In this document: positions 26,018 to 35,092 of the stretch, piece by piece
How positions within the stretch are numbered: the stretch's first letter is position 1
Layout of the letters: the number at the start of each line of letters is the position of its first letter
Assembly (NCBI GenBank): GCA_963703275.1
Contig: OY969804.1
Span: forward strand, 1,171,154 to 1,235,153
Length of the DNA stretch: 64,000 bases
Reading direction: 5' to 3'
DNA from: an uncultured Actinomycetes bacterium
Lineage (GTDB): Bacteria; Actinomycetota; Thermoleophilia; Gaiellales; JAICJC01
Position numbers and translations under genes: made by a program
The notes under the pieces: generated by a model
Database searches by the model: none
What the model saw: only the letters and a program-made list of their open reading frames with translations
What the model was told of the DNA's origin: nothing

Positions 26018-26902
26018 ATGTTGGCATCCGAACCAGATGTGATCGAGACCGTTCTGCGCCCGCGCGGCCCCTACTCGCTGGCCGACTCGGCGGGCTTTTC
26101 CGACCCCACCCGCCGCTCGCACGGCGGCGTCCTCGACCTGGTTCTGGACACGCCCCCCGGACCCGCCCGGATCCGGGTCTGGCAGAGGCGCGACGGCGAT
26201 CTGGTGGCCCGCATCGCGGCGCCGGATACCGCCGCGGCGGTAGACGCCCTGCGGTTCGTGCTCGCGGTCGACGTCGACCACACGCCCTTCCTGCGGGCTG
26301 TCGCCGGCGACGAGTTGCTCGGGCGGACGGTGCGGCGGCGGCCGGGCCTGCGCCCGGCCCGGCTCGCGACCGTCACCCACGCGTTCGTGCGCGCAATCTG
26401 CGGCCAGCTCATCACCGCCCACGAGGCGATGCGGATCGAGCGGCGGCTCCTGGCGGCCGTATGCGCTCCCGCCGGCGATCTGCGCCGGCCGCCGCAGGCG
26501 TCCGATCTGGCACGGTTGAGCGCGGCGGGCGCCGAGCGGGCGGGGCTCTCTCCCCGGCGGGCGGCGGCGCTCGTGCGGGTGTCGCGGACGCTCGACCTCG
26601 AGCGCCTGCGCGCCGCGCCGGCCCAGTCGGCGGTCAACCGCCTCTGCGCCGAGCCGGGCCTGGGGCCGTGGTCGGCCGGCGTGATCGCCGCCAAGGGGCT
26701 GGGCTCCTACGCCCACGGGCCGGTGGGCGACCTGGGCCTGATCAAGCTGTGCTCGGCGCTCCTGGGGCGGTCGGCCGATACCGCCGACACCGCCCGCCTG
26801 CTTGCCCGCTACGGAGACTGGGCGGGACTGGCCGGCGCCCACCTGCTCTCACACCCACTGGCGCACGCCCGCACCCGCCGCCGCGAGCGCATCGGCGCGT
26901 GA
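26018..26902 (+). CDS. HhH-GPD DNA glycosylase (AlkA-like)
   Basis: ICGQLITAHEAMRIERRL, LCAEPGLGPWSAGVIAAKGLG, and GDLGL. Confidence 0.7.
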   Translation: MLASEPDVIETVLRPRGPYSLADSAGFSDPTRRSHGGVLDLVLDTPPGPARIRVWQRRDGDLVARIAAPDTAAAVDALRFVLAVDVDHTPFLRAVAGDELLGRTVRRRPGLRPARLATVTHAFVRAICGQLITAHEAMRIERRLLAAVCAPAGDLRRPPQASDLARLSAAGAERAGLSPRRAAALVRVSRTLDLERLRAAPAQSAVNRLCAEPGLGPWSAGVIAAKGLGSYAHGPVGDLGLIKLCSALLGRSADTADTARLLARYGDWAGLAGAHLLSHPLAHARTRRRERIGA

Positions 26903-27268
26903 GGTGTAGTCCTGCATGGCCGTGATCAGGCCGTCACGCAGGGTGAAGACCACCGACGCCTGACCCCGCGGTGCGTCCTCGTCGCGCTCGGGGACGCCGA
27001 TGCCGGCCGCGCGCATCGACATCACCACCCGGTCGCCGGCCGCCACGAGTTCGATCGCCTCGACGTCGGGCAGCTGTCGTGACCGCAAGCGCATGCGCTC
27101 GAGCACGGACTCCCGGTCGGGGCAGATCAGGTCGGCGCGCACACCGCGGTGGGTGACCTCGGGCGCGAGCCGGGCGGCGACGGCGTCCATGTCGCCGCGC
27201 CGGATCGCGTCGAGGTAGTCGCTGAAGATGATCTCGATGTTCGACTGCGGCGCGCGGGCGTCGGCCAT
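26849..27268 (-). CDS. SnoaL/NTF2-like protein
   Basis: 139 aa: IEIIFSDYLDAIRRGDMDAVAARLAPEV. A 54-nt convergent overlap with the glycosylase ORF tail. Confidence 0.55.
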   Translation of the reverse strand: MADARAPQSNIEIIFSDYLDAIRRGDMDAVAARLAPEVTHRGVRADLICPDRESVLERMRLRSRQLPDVEAIELVAAGDRVVMSMRAAGIGVPERDEDAPRGQASVVFTLRDGLITAMQDYTSRADALAAAGAGVRQWV

Positions 27269-27322
27269 GGCGGCAGCGTATGCCTCTTACGGATCCGTTG
27301 CCATCTGCCGATATCACTGGGC

Positions 27323-27697
27323 ATGAGACGAGTCATCGCCATCGCCGCCGCAACCCTCGCCACGGTTGCGCTCGCAGCCGGGTGCGGCAACTCGGCGAGC
27401 GCCGGAAGTTCCCATCCGAGCTACGCCAAGCAGTTCGAGAGCTTTGGGGACGTGATCGGCGTAACCGGGGCCTCGCAGGCGTCACCCACGTCGCGGACAC
27501 TGGTCGCCGGGATGGGGAGCGCCTGGCTCGTCCAGGTCTGCCAGACGCAATCCGACGCGAAGCTTGTGGGGATGAAGCCCACGGCGGCTCAGACCCACTT
27601 CGCCCAGGGCTACAACGTCACCGCCCCGGCCGGTGCTCCGTCTGCAGATGCCGTGTTCAGCCACATCCTGGGAGCCTGCGCGACCGAAGGGTTGTAG
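27323..27697 (+). CDS. Lipoprotein
   Basis: MRRVIAIAAATLATVALAAGC lipobox. Confidence 0.65.
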   Translation: MRRVIAIAAATLATVALAAGCGNSASAGSSHPSYAKQFESFGDVIGVTGASQASPTSRTLVAGMGSAWLVQVCQTQSDAKLVGMKPTAAQTHFAQGYNVTAPAGAPSADAVFSHILGACATEGL

Positions 27698-28019
27698 GCG
27701 CCCGGAGGTTTCCGGCGCCGCGCGATCGCTGACGGAGAGGCGGCTCCAGGCGATCGGCTCCCGCCGGCCAGGGATCTGGCCGCAGTGCTCGGGGTCAATG
27801 CCAACACCGTCCTACGCGGCTTGCGAACGCTCCGCGACGAGGGGTTGGTCGAGTTTCGTCGTGGTCGCGGCGTGACGGTGAGCGGGACGGGGCCAGAGCG
27901 AAGCGCCGTAGTGGTAAAAGGCGCGGGAACTGGCGCCCCTGGCCAGGCGCCACGGCCACCGGCCGGAGGAGTTGGCGGAGATCATCACGCACGTATCGCG
28001 GGGGAGCGGCTCAGGATGA
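27698..28019 (+). pseudogene. GntR/YtrA-type regulator remnant (5' truncated and frameshifted)
   Basis: w[62 protein letters not shown] is open from 27698 with no start codon before 27785. The C-terminal helix [30 protein letters not shown] continues in the +1 frame from 27918. Its TGA overlaps the next ATG at 28016. Confidence 0.6.
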
Positions 28020-28834
28020 CCACCCAGATTACGCAACCGCCAGATTCAGACCGAGACGCTGAGGCGATCATCAAGCGGGCACGGCGGCGCCAGCGCAGGC
28101 GCCGTGCCGGGATTGGTGTCGCGGTGGCTGCGGTGCTGACCGGAGGGCTGGGCGTAGTCGTTCATCTGCACGGCGCCGACCGGCAGCGCCAGGCAAGTCC
28201 GCGGCCCGGGGACAACCCCTCGGCAGCAGTGCAGGTATCCGGTCCGATCCCGACCAGCGTGGATACGGCAGTGCTGATGTGGCCGGTCGGCTACCCCGCG
28301 TTTGGCCCGACGGGCGGACCGCCGGCATATGTCGACAATCTCCGCACGGGGCGCCTATCCAGGACGCAAAGGCCGGCCATCGCCGCCGGTGACTACCAGC
28401 CACTCCTGATCACCGCTGGCCGCTGGCTCGTGTACGTCGGAAATGGAACCACCGCCATCCGCGACGACCTGAGGGGCAGGCCCCGAGTCGTGGGAACGAC
28501 GCCGTTCTTCGCTCCTTCAGCCCGGCCGGGTCGGATCTGGCTTGAGTACCTCCCTCGCCGCGGCGGCGCCGAGACGCTGCGGTCAGCGTCGATCACCGGA
28601 GGGTCGCCAGGTCGGTTGGTCACGCTGCCCAAGGGCGCCAGGCTGGTGGAAGGGACCGCCGCCGGGTTGCTGCTGCAGGACAGGCAAGGGGACCTCGAGC
28701 TCTGGACTCGTGGTGCCGCCCCGAGAACGCTGCCGCATACGCCGCTTTGGAGCGACGGCTTCGACGCGAGCAATCAGATGGTCGCGTACGGCACCGGCTG
28801 CGTTGATCATGTGACCGCCGCAGTCGACCTTTGA
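28016..28834 (+). CDS. Membrane-anchored extracytoplasmic protein, probably the 5' part of a disrupted gene
   Basis: MTTQITQPP...[29 protein letters not shown] anchor, then a repeat-like extracellular region. Confidence 0.5.
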   Translation: MTTQITQPPDSDRDAEAIIKRARRRQRRRRAGIGVAVAAVLTGGLGVVVHLHGADRQRQASPRPGDNPSAAVQVSGPIPTSVDTAVLMWPVGYPAFGPTGGPPAYVDNLRTGRLSRTQRPAIAAGDYQPLLITAGRWLVYVGNGTTAIRDDLRGRPRVVGTTPFFAPSARPGRIWLEYLPRRGGAETLRSASITGGSPGRLVTLPKGARLVEGTAAGLLLQDRQGDLELWTRGAAPRTLPHTPLWSDGFDASNQMVAYGTGCVDHVTAAVDL

Positions 28835-28862
28835 GCCGAACGCGGGGTATGACGCGTGCCGG

Positions 28863-29264
28863 ATGCTCCGAGCCCTAAATGCGGTCACCGGCAAGCTCCG
28901 TTCGTACCCGGCGCCGCCGGGAACTGCCGGATGGGTGCCGAACGGCGTTGGCCCCGTCAGCGCAATTGCGCCAGACGGCAGCATGATCGCCGCCTATGCG
29001 GCGACACGGCCCCTGGGACACGGACGCACCCGCCTGTACGCCCTGTCGCTGACCGGTCGTCACCGGCCGCCGACCCCAGTCCCGTCCTCGGCAGCGTTCC
29101 TCTTCGCACGGACAGCCTGGTCAGCCAGAGGCTCGTGGCTGCTCTATCAGGGCCCTGGCACGCGGATGTGGGCATACCAGCCGCGCACCGGAGCGGTCGG
29201 ATCGTCGACGACCCCTTGCTGCCGATACACCGTCATGGCCGCGTTCAAAAGCCCGCCAAACTGA
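28863..29264 (+). CDS. Probable 3' part of the same disrupted gene
   Basis: This frame is open from 28815 and overlaps the end of the previous ORF. Beta-propeller-like strings (SAIAPDGSMIAAYA, LYALSL, GSWLLYQG). Confidence 0.4.
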   Translation: MLRALNAVTGKLRSYPAPPGTAGWVPNGVGPVSAIAPDGSMIAAYAATRPLGHGRTRLYALSLTGRHRPPTPVPSSAAFLFARTAWSARGSWLLYQGPGTRMWAYQPRTGAVGSSTTPCCRYTVMAAFKSPPN

Positions 29265-29352
29265 GGCTCGTGGCTGTCAATCCCCGCGTGAGGGGAGATC
29301 TGCGGGCCGGCCGCCTACCGCAAGGCGGTGATTTCACCTCACGTATCTGCAA

Positions 29353-29382
29353 CAGTTGCTGTGACAGATCTTCCAGTTGCTG
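29353..29382 (+). promoter_or_regulatory. Two CAGTTGCTG direct repeats with 21-bp phasing upstream of the response-regulator gene
   Basis: Copies at 29353-29361 and 29374-29382, inside a 47% GC stretch (29341-29400) about 115-145 nt upstream of the ATG at 29498. Confidence 0.4.
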
Positions 29383-29497
29383 GTCTTGTCGGATACGTTA
29401 GTCGTGAGCCTCGGGGCGCTCGAACAGACAGTGAGTCCTGATCGGCCGTCGGTGCCCCCCGCCCGACCCGGCTGCGACCCCCAAGGAGGCACCACCC

Positions 29498-30205
29498 ATG
29501 GCTGGATCCACCGTGCTCGTCGTGGACGACGAACCGCGCATCGTCGAGTTTCTGACCGAGAACCTGCGCGACGACGACTTCAGCGTCCTTTCGGCGGCGA
29601 CCGGTGCCGAGGCGATGGACCTGCTGGGACACTCGCGACCTGACGTCGTCCTGCTCGATGTCGTGCTCCCGGACATGAGCGGATACGACGTCTGCCGTCT
29701 CGTGCGAGCCGGCGACGGGGTCAACGATCCCTGGGATCCGGACCTTCCCATCATCATGTTGTCGGCCAAGGCCGAGCACATCGACCGGGTCAGAGGGCTC
29801 GTGCGCGGGGCTGACGACTATGTCACGAAGCCGTTCCACTATCCGGAGCTGCTCGCCCGCATCGGTGCCGTCCTCGGACGCGTCGCGCGCAGCCGCGACC
29901 GCCAGGTCATCCGCTATGGCGAGCTGGCGGTCAACACGCTCTCGCGCGAGGTGACCGTCGGCGGCATCCGGATCGATCTCTCGGCCAAGGAGTACCAGCT
30001 CCTGACGACGCTGGCCTCCGAGTCGGAGCGCGTGTTCACGAAGAAAGAGTTGCTCGAGACGGTGTGGGGCTTCCGCTCGCAGGGACGGACGCGGACGCTC
30101 GATTCGCACGCCAGCCGGCTGCGCAAGAAGCTCGGGCTGCACTCGGACGCGACCTGGATCGCCAATGTCTGGGGCGTCGGCTACCGCCTCTGTAGGCCGG
30201 AGTGA
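29498..30205 (+). CDS. OmpR/PhoB-family response regulator
   Basis: VLVVDDEP, LLDVVLPDMSG, and SAKAE receiver, plus a winged-helix C-terminus (KEYQLLTTLA...VWGVGYRL). AAGGAGG lies upstream. Confidence 0.9.
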   Translation: MAGSTVLVVDDEPRIVEFLTENLRDDDFSVLSAATGAEAMDLLGHSRPDVVLLDVVLPDMSGYDVCRLVRAGDGVNDPWDPDLPIIMLSAKAEHIDRVRGLVRGADDYVTKPFHYPELLARIGAVLGRVARSRDRQVIRYGELAVNTLSREVTVGGIRIDLSAKEYQLLTTLASESERVFTKKELLETVWGFRSQGRTRTLDSHASRLRKKLGLHSDATWIANVWGVGYRLCRPE

Positions 30206-30972
30206 TCCGCGACGCGCTCCGCCGCAGGCGGGGCGAGGTCGACGAGCGCCTGCAGGCGTCGGTGGAGGAGCTGTCCACGCTGCTCGCTCGCGAAGGGCGG
30301 GCCCGGGCCGAGTTCATCGGCAAGGTGTCGCACGAGCTGCGCACGCCGCTGACGGTGATCAAGGGCTACGTGTACACCCTGCACCGGTCCGAGTCGGATC
30401 CGGCCAAGGCGGCCAAGCTGGACGTGATCAACGGCGAGTGCGAGCGGCTCGGGTACCTGATCGAGGACCTGCTCGAGCTGTCCCGCGCCCGCGCCGGAGA
30501 GCTGCGTGTGCAGGCCGAGGCCTTCCCGCTCGAGCGGTGCATCAGCGAGGTGGCCGAGCGGCTCCAGACCGTCGCAGAACAGCGCGGCGTACGGGTGCGC
30601 CTGGACTGGAGCTGCAACGGCGGGCAGGTTCGGGGCGACCAGAACCGGGTGCGCCAGATCTTTGCGAACCTGATCACCAACGGCATCAAATATGCCCCAC
30701 CGGGCAGCGAGGTGACGGTGCACGGCACGCGAATCGGCGACGACCTGCAGGTCGCGGTCGAGGATGCCGGTCGCGGCATCGCCGAGGCCGATCTGCCGTT
30801 CATTTTCGACGAGTTCTTCCAGGCCGAGCGGCCCGAGCCGGGCGCCGGTCTGGGGCTCGCGATCGCGCGGGAGCTGACCGAGGCTCACGGCGGCTCCATC
30901 GCGGTGCGGAGTGCGGTCGGGGCGGGGACTCGCTTCACGGTCACGCTCCCGCTCTGGATCGGCCCGGCATGA
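30202..30972 (+). CDS. Soluble minimal histidine kinase (DHp + CA only)
   Basis: H-box VSHELRTPL near residue 44, N-box NLITNGIKYA, G-boxes DAGRGI and GAGLGLAI. No TM or sensor domain. GTGA overlap with the RR stop. Confidence 0.85.
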   Translation: MIRDALRRRRGEVDERLQASVEELSTLLAREGRARAEFIGKVSHELRTPLTVIKGYVYTLHRSESDPAKAAKLDVINGECERLGYLIEDLLELSRARAGELRVQAEAFPLERCISEVAERLQTVAEQRGVRVRLDWSCNGGQVRGDQNRVRQIFANLITNGIKYAPPGSEVTVHGTRIGDDLQVAVEDAGRGIAEADLPFIFDEFFQAERPEPGAGLGLAIARELTEAHGGSIAVRSAVGAGTRFTVTLPLWIGPA

Positions 30973-31691
30973 GCATCCGCCCGGCCCGAAGGCCGCTGCG
31001 GGTCGCGGGGGCGCCGGCCGTGGAGGGTGCCGGGGCGTCCGTCCCACCGCTGCGGCTCGTCTCGGCGCTCTCGGCCGCAGGCCGCATCGCCAGGGCCGAG
31101 GGCCTGGCCGGCGGAGCCGAGCGCGGTCACGAGCTGCGCCTGCCGGGTATCGGCGGCCGGTACCTGGCGGGCATCGCGGCCCACGCACACGAGCGCGGAT
31201 GGGCGCCGCTCGAGGTCGCCGCGCTCCTGGATGCCGTCGAGGACCGCTCCGCGATGTGGGTCGTGTGCCCATCCGCCGCGGCGCTGCGGCGGGCGGGGCT
31301 GATCGACGGGGGGCACGGGCGGCAGGTGTGTACCCGCTGGTCGGCCGGACGGTGGTCGCGGATCGCGCTCGACGTGCCCGCACTCGCCGCGGTGGCGGCA
31401 TCCGGAGGGACGCGGGGAGTGTGCGCGGCGGCGGTGTCGGGCACGGGGGCGCCGCGGCGCCTGGTCGAGGCGGTTCATGCCGGAGGCGTGCGCACCGGCC
31501 TGCTCGCAAGGGGCCTGGCGGCCTCGCTCGGCGTGCGTTGGACGGTTGAGTTGCTGGTCGCGACCGCATTGCCGCCGGGGTCGCTCATGGCGCTTCGCGA
31601 GCGGGTGGCGTCGGCCCCTCGCTGCGGCTGGTGCGGCGTGCCCCTGCTCGGCCCCGATTGCCGCCGCTGCCTGCCCGGCGCCCGCACATGA
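30969..31691 (+). CDS. Hypothetical protein with C-terminal CxxC-x8-CxxC zinc ribbon
   Basis: ATGA overlaps at both ends and high GC3. The C-terminus reads RCGWCGVPLLGPDCRRC. I recognise no family. Confidence 0.5.
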   Translation: MSIRPARRPLRVAGAPAVEGAGASVPPLRLVSALSAAGRIARAEGLAGGAERGHELRLPGIGGRYLAGIAAHAHERGWAPLEVAALLDAVEDRSAMWVVCPSAAALRRAGLIDGGHGRQVCTRWSAGRWSRIALDVPALAAVAASGGTRGVCAAAVSGTGAPRRLVEAVHAGGVRTGLLARGLAASLGVRWTVELLVATALPPGSLMALRERVASAPRCGWCGVPLLGPDCRRCLPGART

Positions 31692-32290
31692 GCCGCCACC
31701 GCCGTCGCAGCATCCTGCTCGCGCTGGTCGGCACCGCACTGGCCCTACTCGGGCTGGTGCGCCTCGCGGCCGGCGGCAGTGGGCGGGTCGTGTCGCAGCA
31801 GCGAGTGGGTCGGCTGGTGATTGTCCGGCCGGTGCCCGCCGGTAGCCGAATCACCGGTGCCGACCTGGGCCTCGAGCACGTGTCGGCAGCCTCTGCGTCC
31901 CCGCATCAGCTGTCCCGGCCGGGGCAGGCGGTCGGGCGGCGTGCGGCCGTTGCGCTGGGAGTGGGTGCGCCGGTGATGGACGCCGAGATCGTGCCGTCCC
32001 CGGTCGTCGCGGGCGGGCGCGAGGTTGCCGTTCGGCTCGACGACGCGGCGGGGATGCCCTCCGGCGACCTGACGGGAGTCAGGGCCGACGTCTACGTCAC
32101 GCCGCCGGGACGCCGCGCCCGCTCGCGCATGGTGCTCGCCGACGTGGTGGTGCTGGCGGCTTCCCGCTCCGACGCCGGAGCGGTTGCGACGCTGCTTCTG
32201 CCCGCATCCGCCATCCCGCTTGCGATTGCGGCGGAGGCCGAGGGCACGCTCCGCCTGGTGGTGCGTGCCTCCGGCGCGGGCCCGCCGTGA
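31688..32290 (+). CDS. cpaB: Flp pilus assembly protein CpaB/RcpC (SAF domain)
   Basis: N-terminal TM, then VIVRPVPAGSRITGADL (SAF-like) and LLLPASAIPLAIAAEAEGTLRLVVR. Confidence 0.7.
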   Translation: MSRHRRRSILLALVGTALALLGLVRLAAGGSGRVVSQQRVGRLVIVRPVPAGSRITGADLGLEHVSAASASPHQLSRPGQAVGRRAAVALGVGAPVMDAEIVPSPVVAGGREVAVRLDDAAGMPSGDLTGVRADVYVTPPGRRARSRMVLADVVVLAASRSDAGAVATLLLPASAIPLAIAAEAEGTLRLVVRASGAGPP

Positions 32291-33375
32291 TCGCGCCGCT
32301 GGTGCGCTGCCTCGTGGTGGCGGCGGACCCCGCGCTCGGTGCCGAGATCGCGGCCCTGGCGGACGATCTCCCCGGCGTGCAGCTCGTTGGTGTCGTCGAC
32401 CCGTTGCGGGCGGTGGCGGGGAGACTGGCGCCGTGCGACGCCGCGCTCGTGGCCGATCCCGGGCCCGACCAGGCCCCGGCGCTGCGCCAGCTCGTCGCCG
32501 CATGCGGGCGCCCCGCGGTGGTGCTCACCCGATCGCCCGGAGTCGACGTCTACCGCAGGGCGCTTGCGGCCGGCGCGCGGGCGGTGCTGGCGCTGCCGGC
32601 TGTGCCGAGTGCGCTCGTCGACGCGCTGGCCGAGGCGACCGCCGGGGACATGCCGACCGCGGCAGTCGCCATCCCCAAGGGCGGAGTCGTGGCGGTGGTG
32701 GCGGCGAAGGGCGGCGCTGGTGCCACCTCGATCGCCCTCGCACTCGCGCTCCTCGGCGGCGCGCTCCTGGTCGATCTGTCCGGGGCGCGGGCGAGCCTGG
32801 CGGCACTGCTCGGCTGCCGCGCCGACCGTTCTGTGGCCGACCTGGCGCACGTCGGTGAGGGGCTTGCGGCTGCGATCGCAACGGCGGCGGTCGAGCATCC
32901 CTGCGGCCTGCGGCTCGTGCCCGGGCCGCCTGGGCCGGAGATCGCCGGCACGCTGCCCGCCGGGTTCGCCGCGGCCCTCGTACGCGAGCTGCGCACGGCC
33001 GGTCCGGCGCTTGTCGACGCCGGCACTGCGGCGTCGACGGCGTCGCGCGAGGTGGCGGTCGCCGCAGACCGGACGCTGGTGGTGGTCAGCCCCGACGCCT
33101 ATGCGGTCGCGGCGGGGCGCGAGCTCGTGACCACTCTCGCGCGCTCCGGCGCGGGTGGTGACGGCATCGCCGTCGTCGTGAACCGCTGGAGCCGGCGCTC
33201 CGAGCTCTCGCTGCGCAGCGTCGCCCGCACCGTCGGAGCGCCCGTGGCCGCAGCGGTCGCCATCGACGCCCCCACGATGGATGCCTTCGCCAACGGCCGG
33301 GCGGCTCTGGAGCGGTGGCCGGGCCGGGCGCATGCGGCGGCGCTGCGCGGATTGGCGGCCGAGCTGTGGGCGTGA
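32287..33375 (+). CDS. tadZ: TadZ/CpaE-like ATPase with atypical receiver domain
   Basis: Receiver-like N-terminus without the canonical acidic pocket, then a deviant Walker [13 protein letters not shown] (MinD/ParA type). Confidence 0.7.
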   Translation: MIAPLVRCLVVAADPALGAEIAALADDLPGVQLVGVVDPLRAVAGRLAPCDAALVADPGPDQAPALRQLVAACGRPAVVLTRSPGVDVYRRALAAGARAVLALPAVPSALVDALAEATAGDMPTAAVAIPKGGVVAVVAAKGGAGATSIALALALLGGALLVDLSGARASLAALLGCRADRSVADLAHVGEGLAAAIATAAVEHPCGLRLVPGPPGPEIAGTLPAGFAAALVRELRTAGPALVDAGTAASTASREVAVAADRTLVVVSPDAYAVAAGRELVTTLARSGAGGDGIAVVVNRWSRRSELSLRSVARTVGAPVAAAVAIDAPTMDAFANGRAALERWPGRAHAAALRGLAAELWA

Positions 33376-34526
33376 ACGATCCGATCGCGGATCTGGCCGC
33401 CGGGTATCGCGACCGGCTCCGGCGCGAGCTTCGGGAACGCCCCGCCGGGGGCGACCTGCGGGCCGCGGCCGAGCGGGCGGCGTGGAGTCTTGTCCGGGCC
33501 GATCGGCTGTTGCTCGATCCCGCCGACGCCGCCCGCCTGGTCGCGGGCGTCGTCGATGACACGATCGGCATCGGGCCTCTCGATCCGCTTCTGCGCGACC
33601 GGCTGGTGACCGAGGTCATCGCCAACGGCCCCTCGCGGGTGTACACCGAGCGCGGCGGCCGGCTGGTGCGCGAGGCGGTCGCCTTCCGCGACGACGAGCA
33701 CCTCCGGCAGGTGATCGACCGTGTGGTCAGCTCGGTCGGACGGCGCGTGGACGAGTCGAGCCCAATGGTCGATGCGCGGCTGCCCGACGGGAGCCGGGTG
33801 AACGCGGTGCTGCCGCCGCTCGCGCTCGACGGGCCGCTGCTCACGATCCGCAAGTTCGCGCGCTCGCCGCTGAGCGTGGATGACCTGCTCGCCTCCGGCA
33901 GCATCTCGCCGGGCCAGGCCGACCTGCTGGAGCGGTGCGTTCGCGGCCGCGCAAACGTGGTCGTGTCCGGCGGGACGGGAACGGGCAAGACGACGCTCCT
34001 GAACGCCCTCGCCGGGTTCATCGATCCCGGCGAGCGGATCGTCACCGTCGAGGATGCCGCCGAGCTGCGCCTGCCGCAACCGCACGTCGTGCGACTCGAG
34101 AGCCGCCCTCCGAACGTCGAGGGCAGGGGCGAGGTGACCCTGCGGGCGCTGGTGCGCAACGTCCTGCGAATGCGTCCTGACCGGATCATCGTCGGCGAGG
34201 TCCGCGGCGGTGAGGCTCTGGACATGCTGCAGGCGATGAACACCGGCCACGACGGCTCGCTGACCACCGTCCATGCGAGCTCGCCAGCCGATGCCGTGCG
34301 CCGGATCGAGATGATGGCGCTGATGGCGGGGCTCGACCTTCCGCACCTGGCGGTGCGCGAGCAGGTGGCGGCGGCCGTCGACGTGATCGTGCACCTCGTG
34401 CGCGACGGGGACGGTGCCAGGCGGGTGCGGTTCCTGGACGGCCGTGGCCGCGACGGAGGCCTGGACATGCTGGACGACCGGCTGCTGGGAGAGCTGCTCG
34501 AGCGCCGATGCAACTCCTGCGCCTGA
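33372..34526 (+). CDS. tadA: Tad secretion ATPase CpaF/TadA
   Basis: [40 protein letters not shown], and [14 protein letters not shown]. Confidence 0.9.
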   Translation: MNDPIADLAAGYRDRLRRELRERPAGGDLRAAAERAAWSLVRADRLLLDPADAARLVAGVVDDTIGIGPLDPLLRDRLVTEVIANGPSRVYTERGGRLVREAVAFRDDEHLRQVIDRVVSSVGRRVDESSPMVDARLPDGSRVNAVLPPLALDGPLLTIRKFARSPLSVDDLLASGSISPGQADLLERCVRGRANVVVSGGTGTGKTTLLNALAGFIDPGERIVTVEDAAELRLPQPHVVRLESRPPNVEGRGEVTLRALVRNVLRMRPDRIIVGEVRGGEALDMLQAMNTGHDGSLTTVHASSPADAVRRIEMMALMAGLDLPHLAVREQVAAAVDVIVHLVRDGDGARRVRFLDGRGRDGGLDMLDDRLLGELLERRCNSCA

Positions 34527-35092
34527 CCGCGGCGATCCACCTTGCCCGCGGCCGCCGGGACGAACGGCTGGCGGCGGCCCAGCTCGCGCTGGTCGTCGAG
34601 ATCCTGGCGGCACATGTCCGCGCCGGGCGGTCCCTGCGGCATGCGCTCGCCGATGCGGTCGGCGACCTGCCCGAGCCCTCGGCGAGCCTGGTGGCGGCGG
34701 CCGCCGCCGACGCGGCGCTCGCGGCTCCGGCGGACGAGGCCCTGCGCGCGCTCGGCAGCGGCCGTGACGTCGCCTACCTCGTGGCGGCGGTGCGCCTCCA
34801 GATCCGGGCGGGCGGCGATCTGGCGCTGCTCCTCGATCGCACGGCGGAGCTCCTGCACGAGCGGGCCGGGCAGCGGCGTGCAGCCGAGGTCGCAACGGCG
34901 CAGGCGCGGGCGACGGGCCGGATCGTGACCGCGATGCCGGCGCTCGGCGTCGCCGCCCTGTACCTGGCCGATCGTCCCGGCTTCGACCTGCTCGTGCGAT
35001 CGCCGCTCGGATGGATCGCGCTGGCAGCGTCGGCCGCACTCGCCGCCGTCGGGCATGTGCTGATCTCCCGCCTGTCGGCGGTCGATCCGTGA
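34508..35092 (+). CDS. tadB: TadB-like T2SS-F domain membrane protein
   Basis: 194 aa; position and a T2SSF-like pattern (LPEPSASLV...[15 protein letters not shown]). Confidence 0.65.
   Translation: MQLLRLTAAIHLARGRRDERLAAAQLALVVEILAAHVRAGRSLRHALADAVGDLPEPSASLVAAAAADAALAAPADEALRALGSGRDVAYLVAAVRLQIRAGGDLALLLDRTAELLHERAGQRRAAEVATAQARATGRIVTAMPALGVAALYLADRPGFDLLVRSPLGWIALAASAALAAVGHVLISRLSAVDP

Noticed and set aside
27695-27697. An in-frame TAG separating the lipoprotein ORF from the GntR wHTH, considered as possible stop-codon read-through or recoding.
   Set aside because: The two parts are unrelated (an exported lipoprotein and a cytoplasmic DNA-binding domain), and the GntR part is additionally frameshifted. 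Truncation is the simpler explanation.
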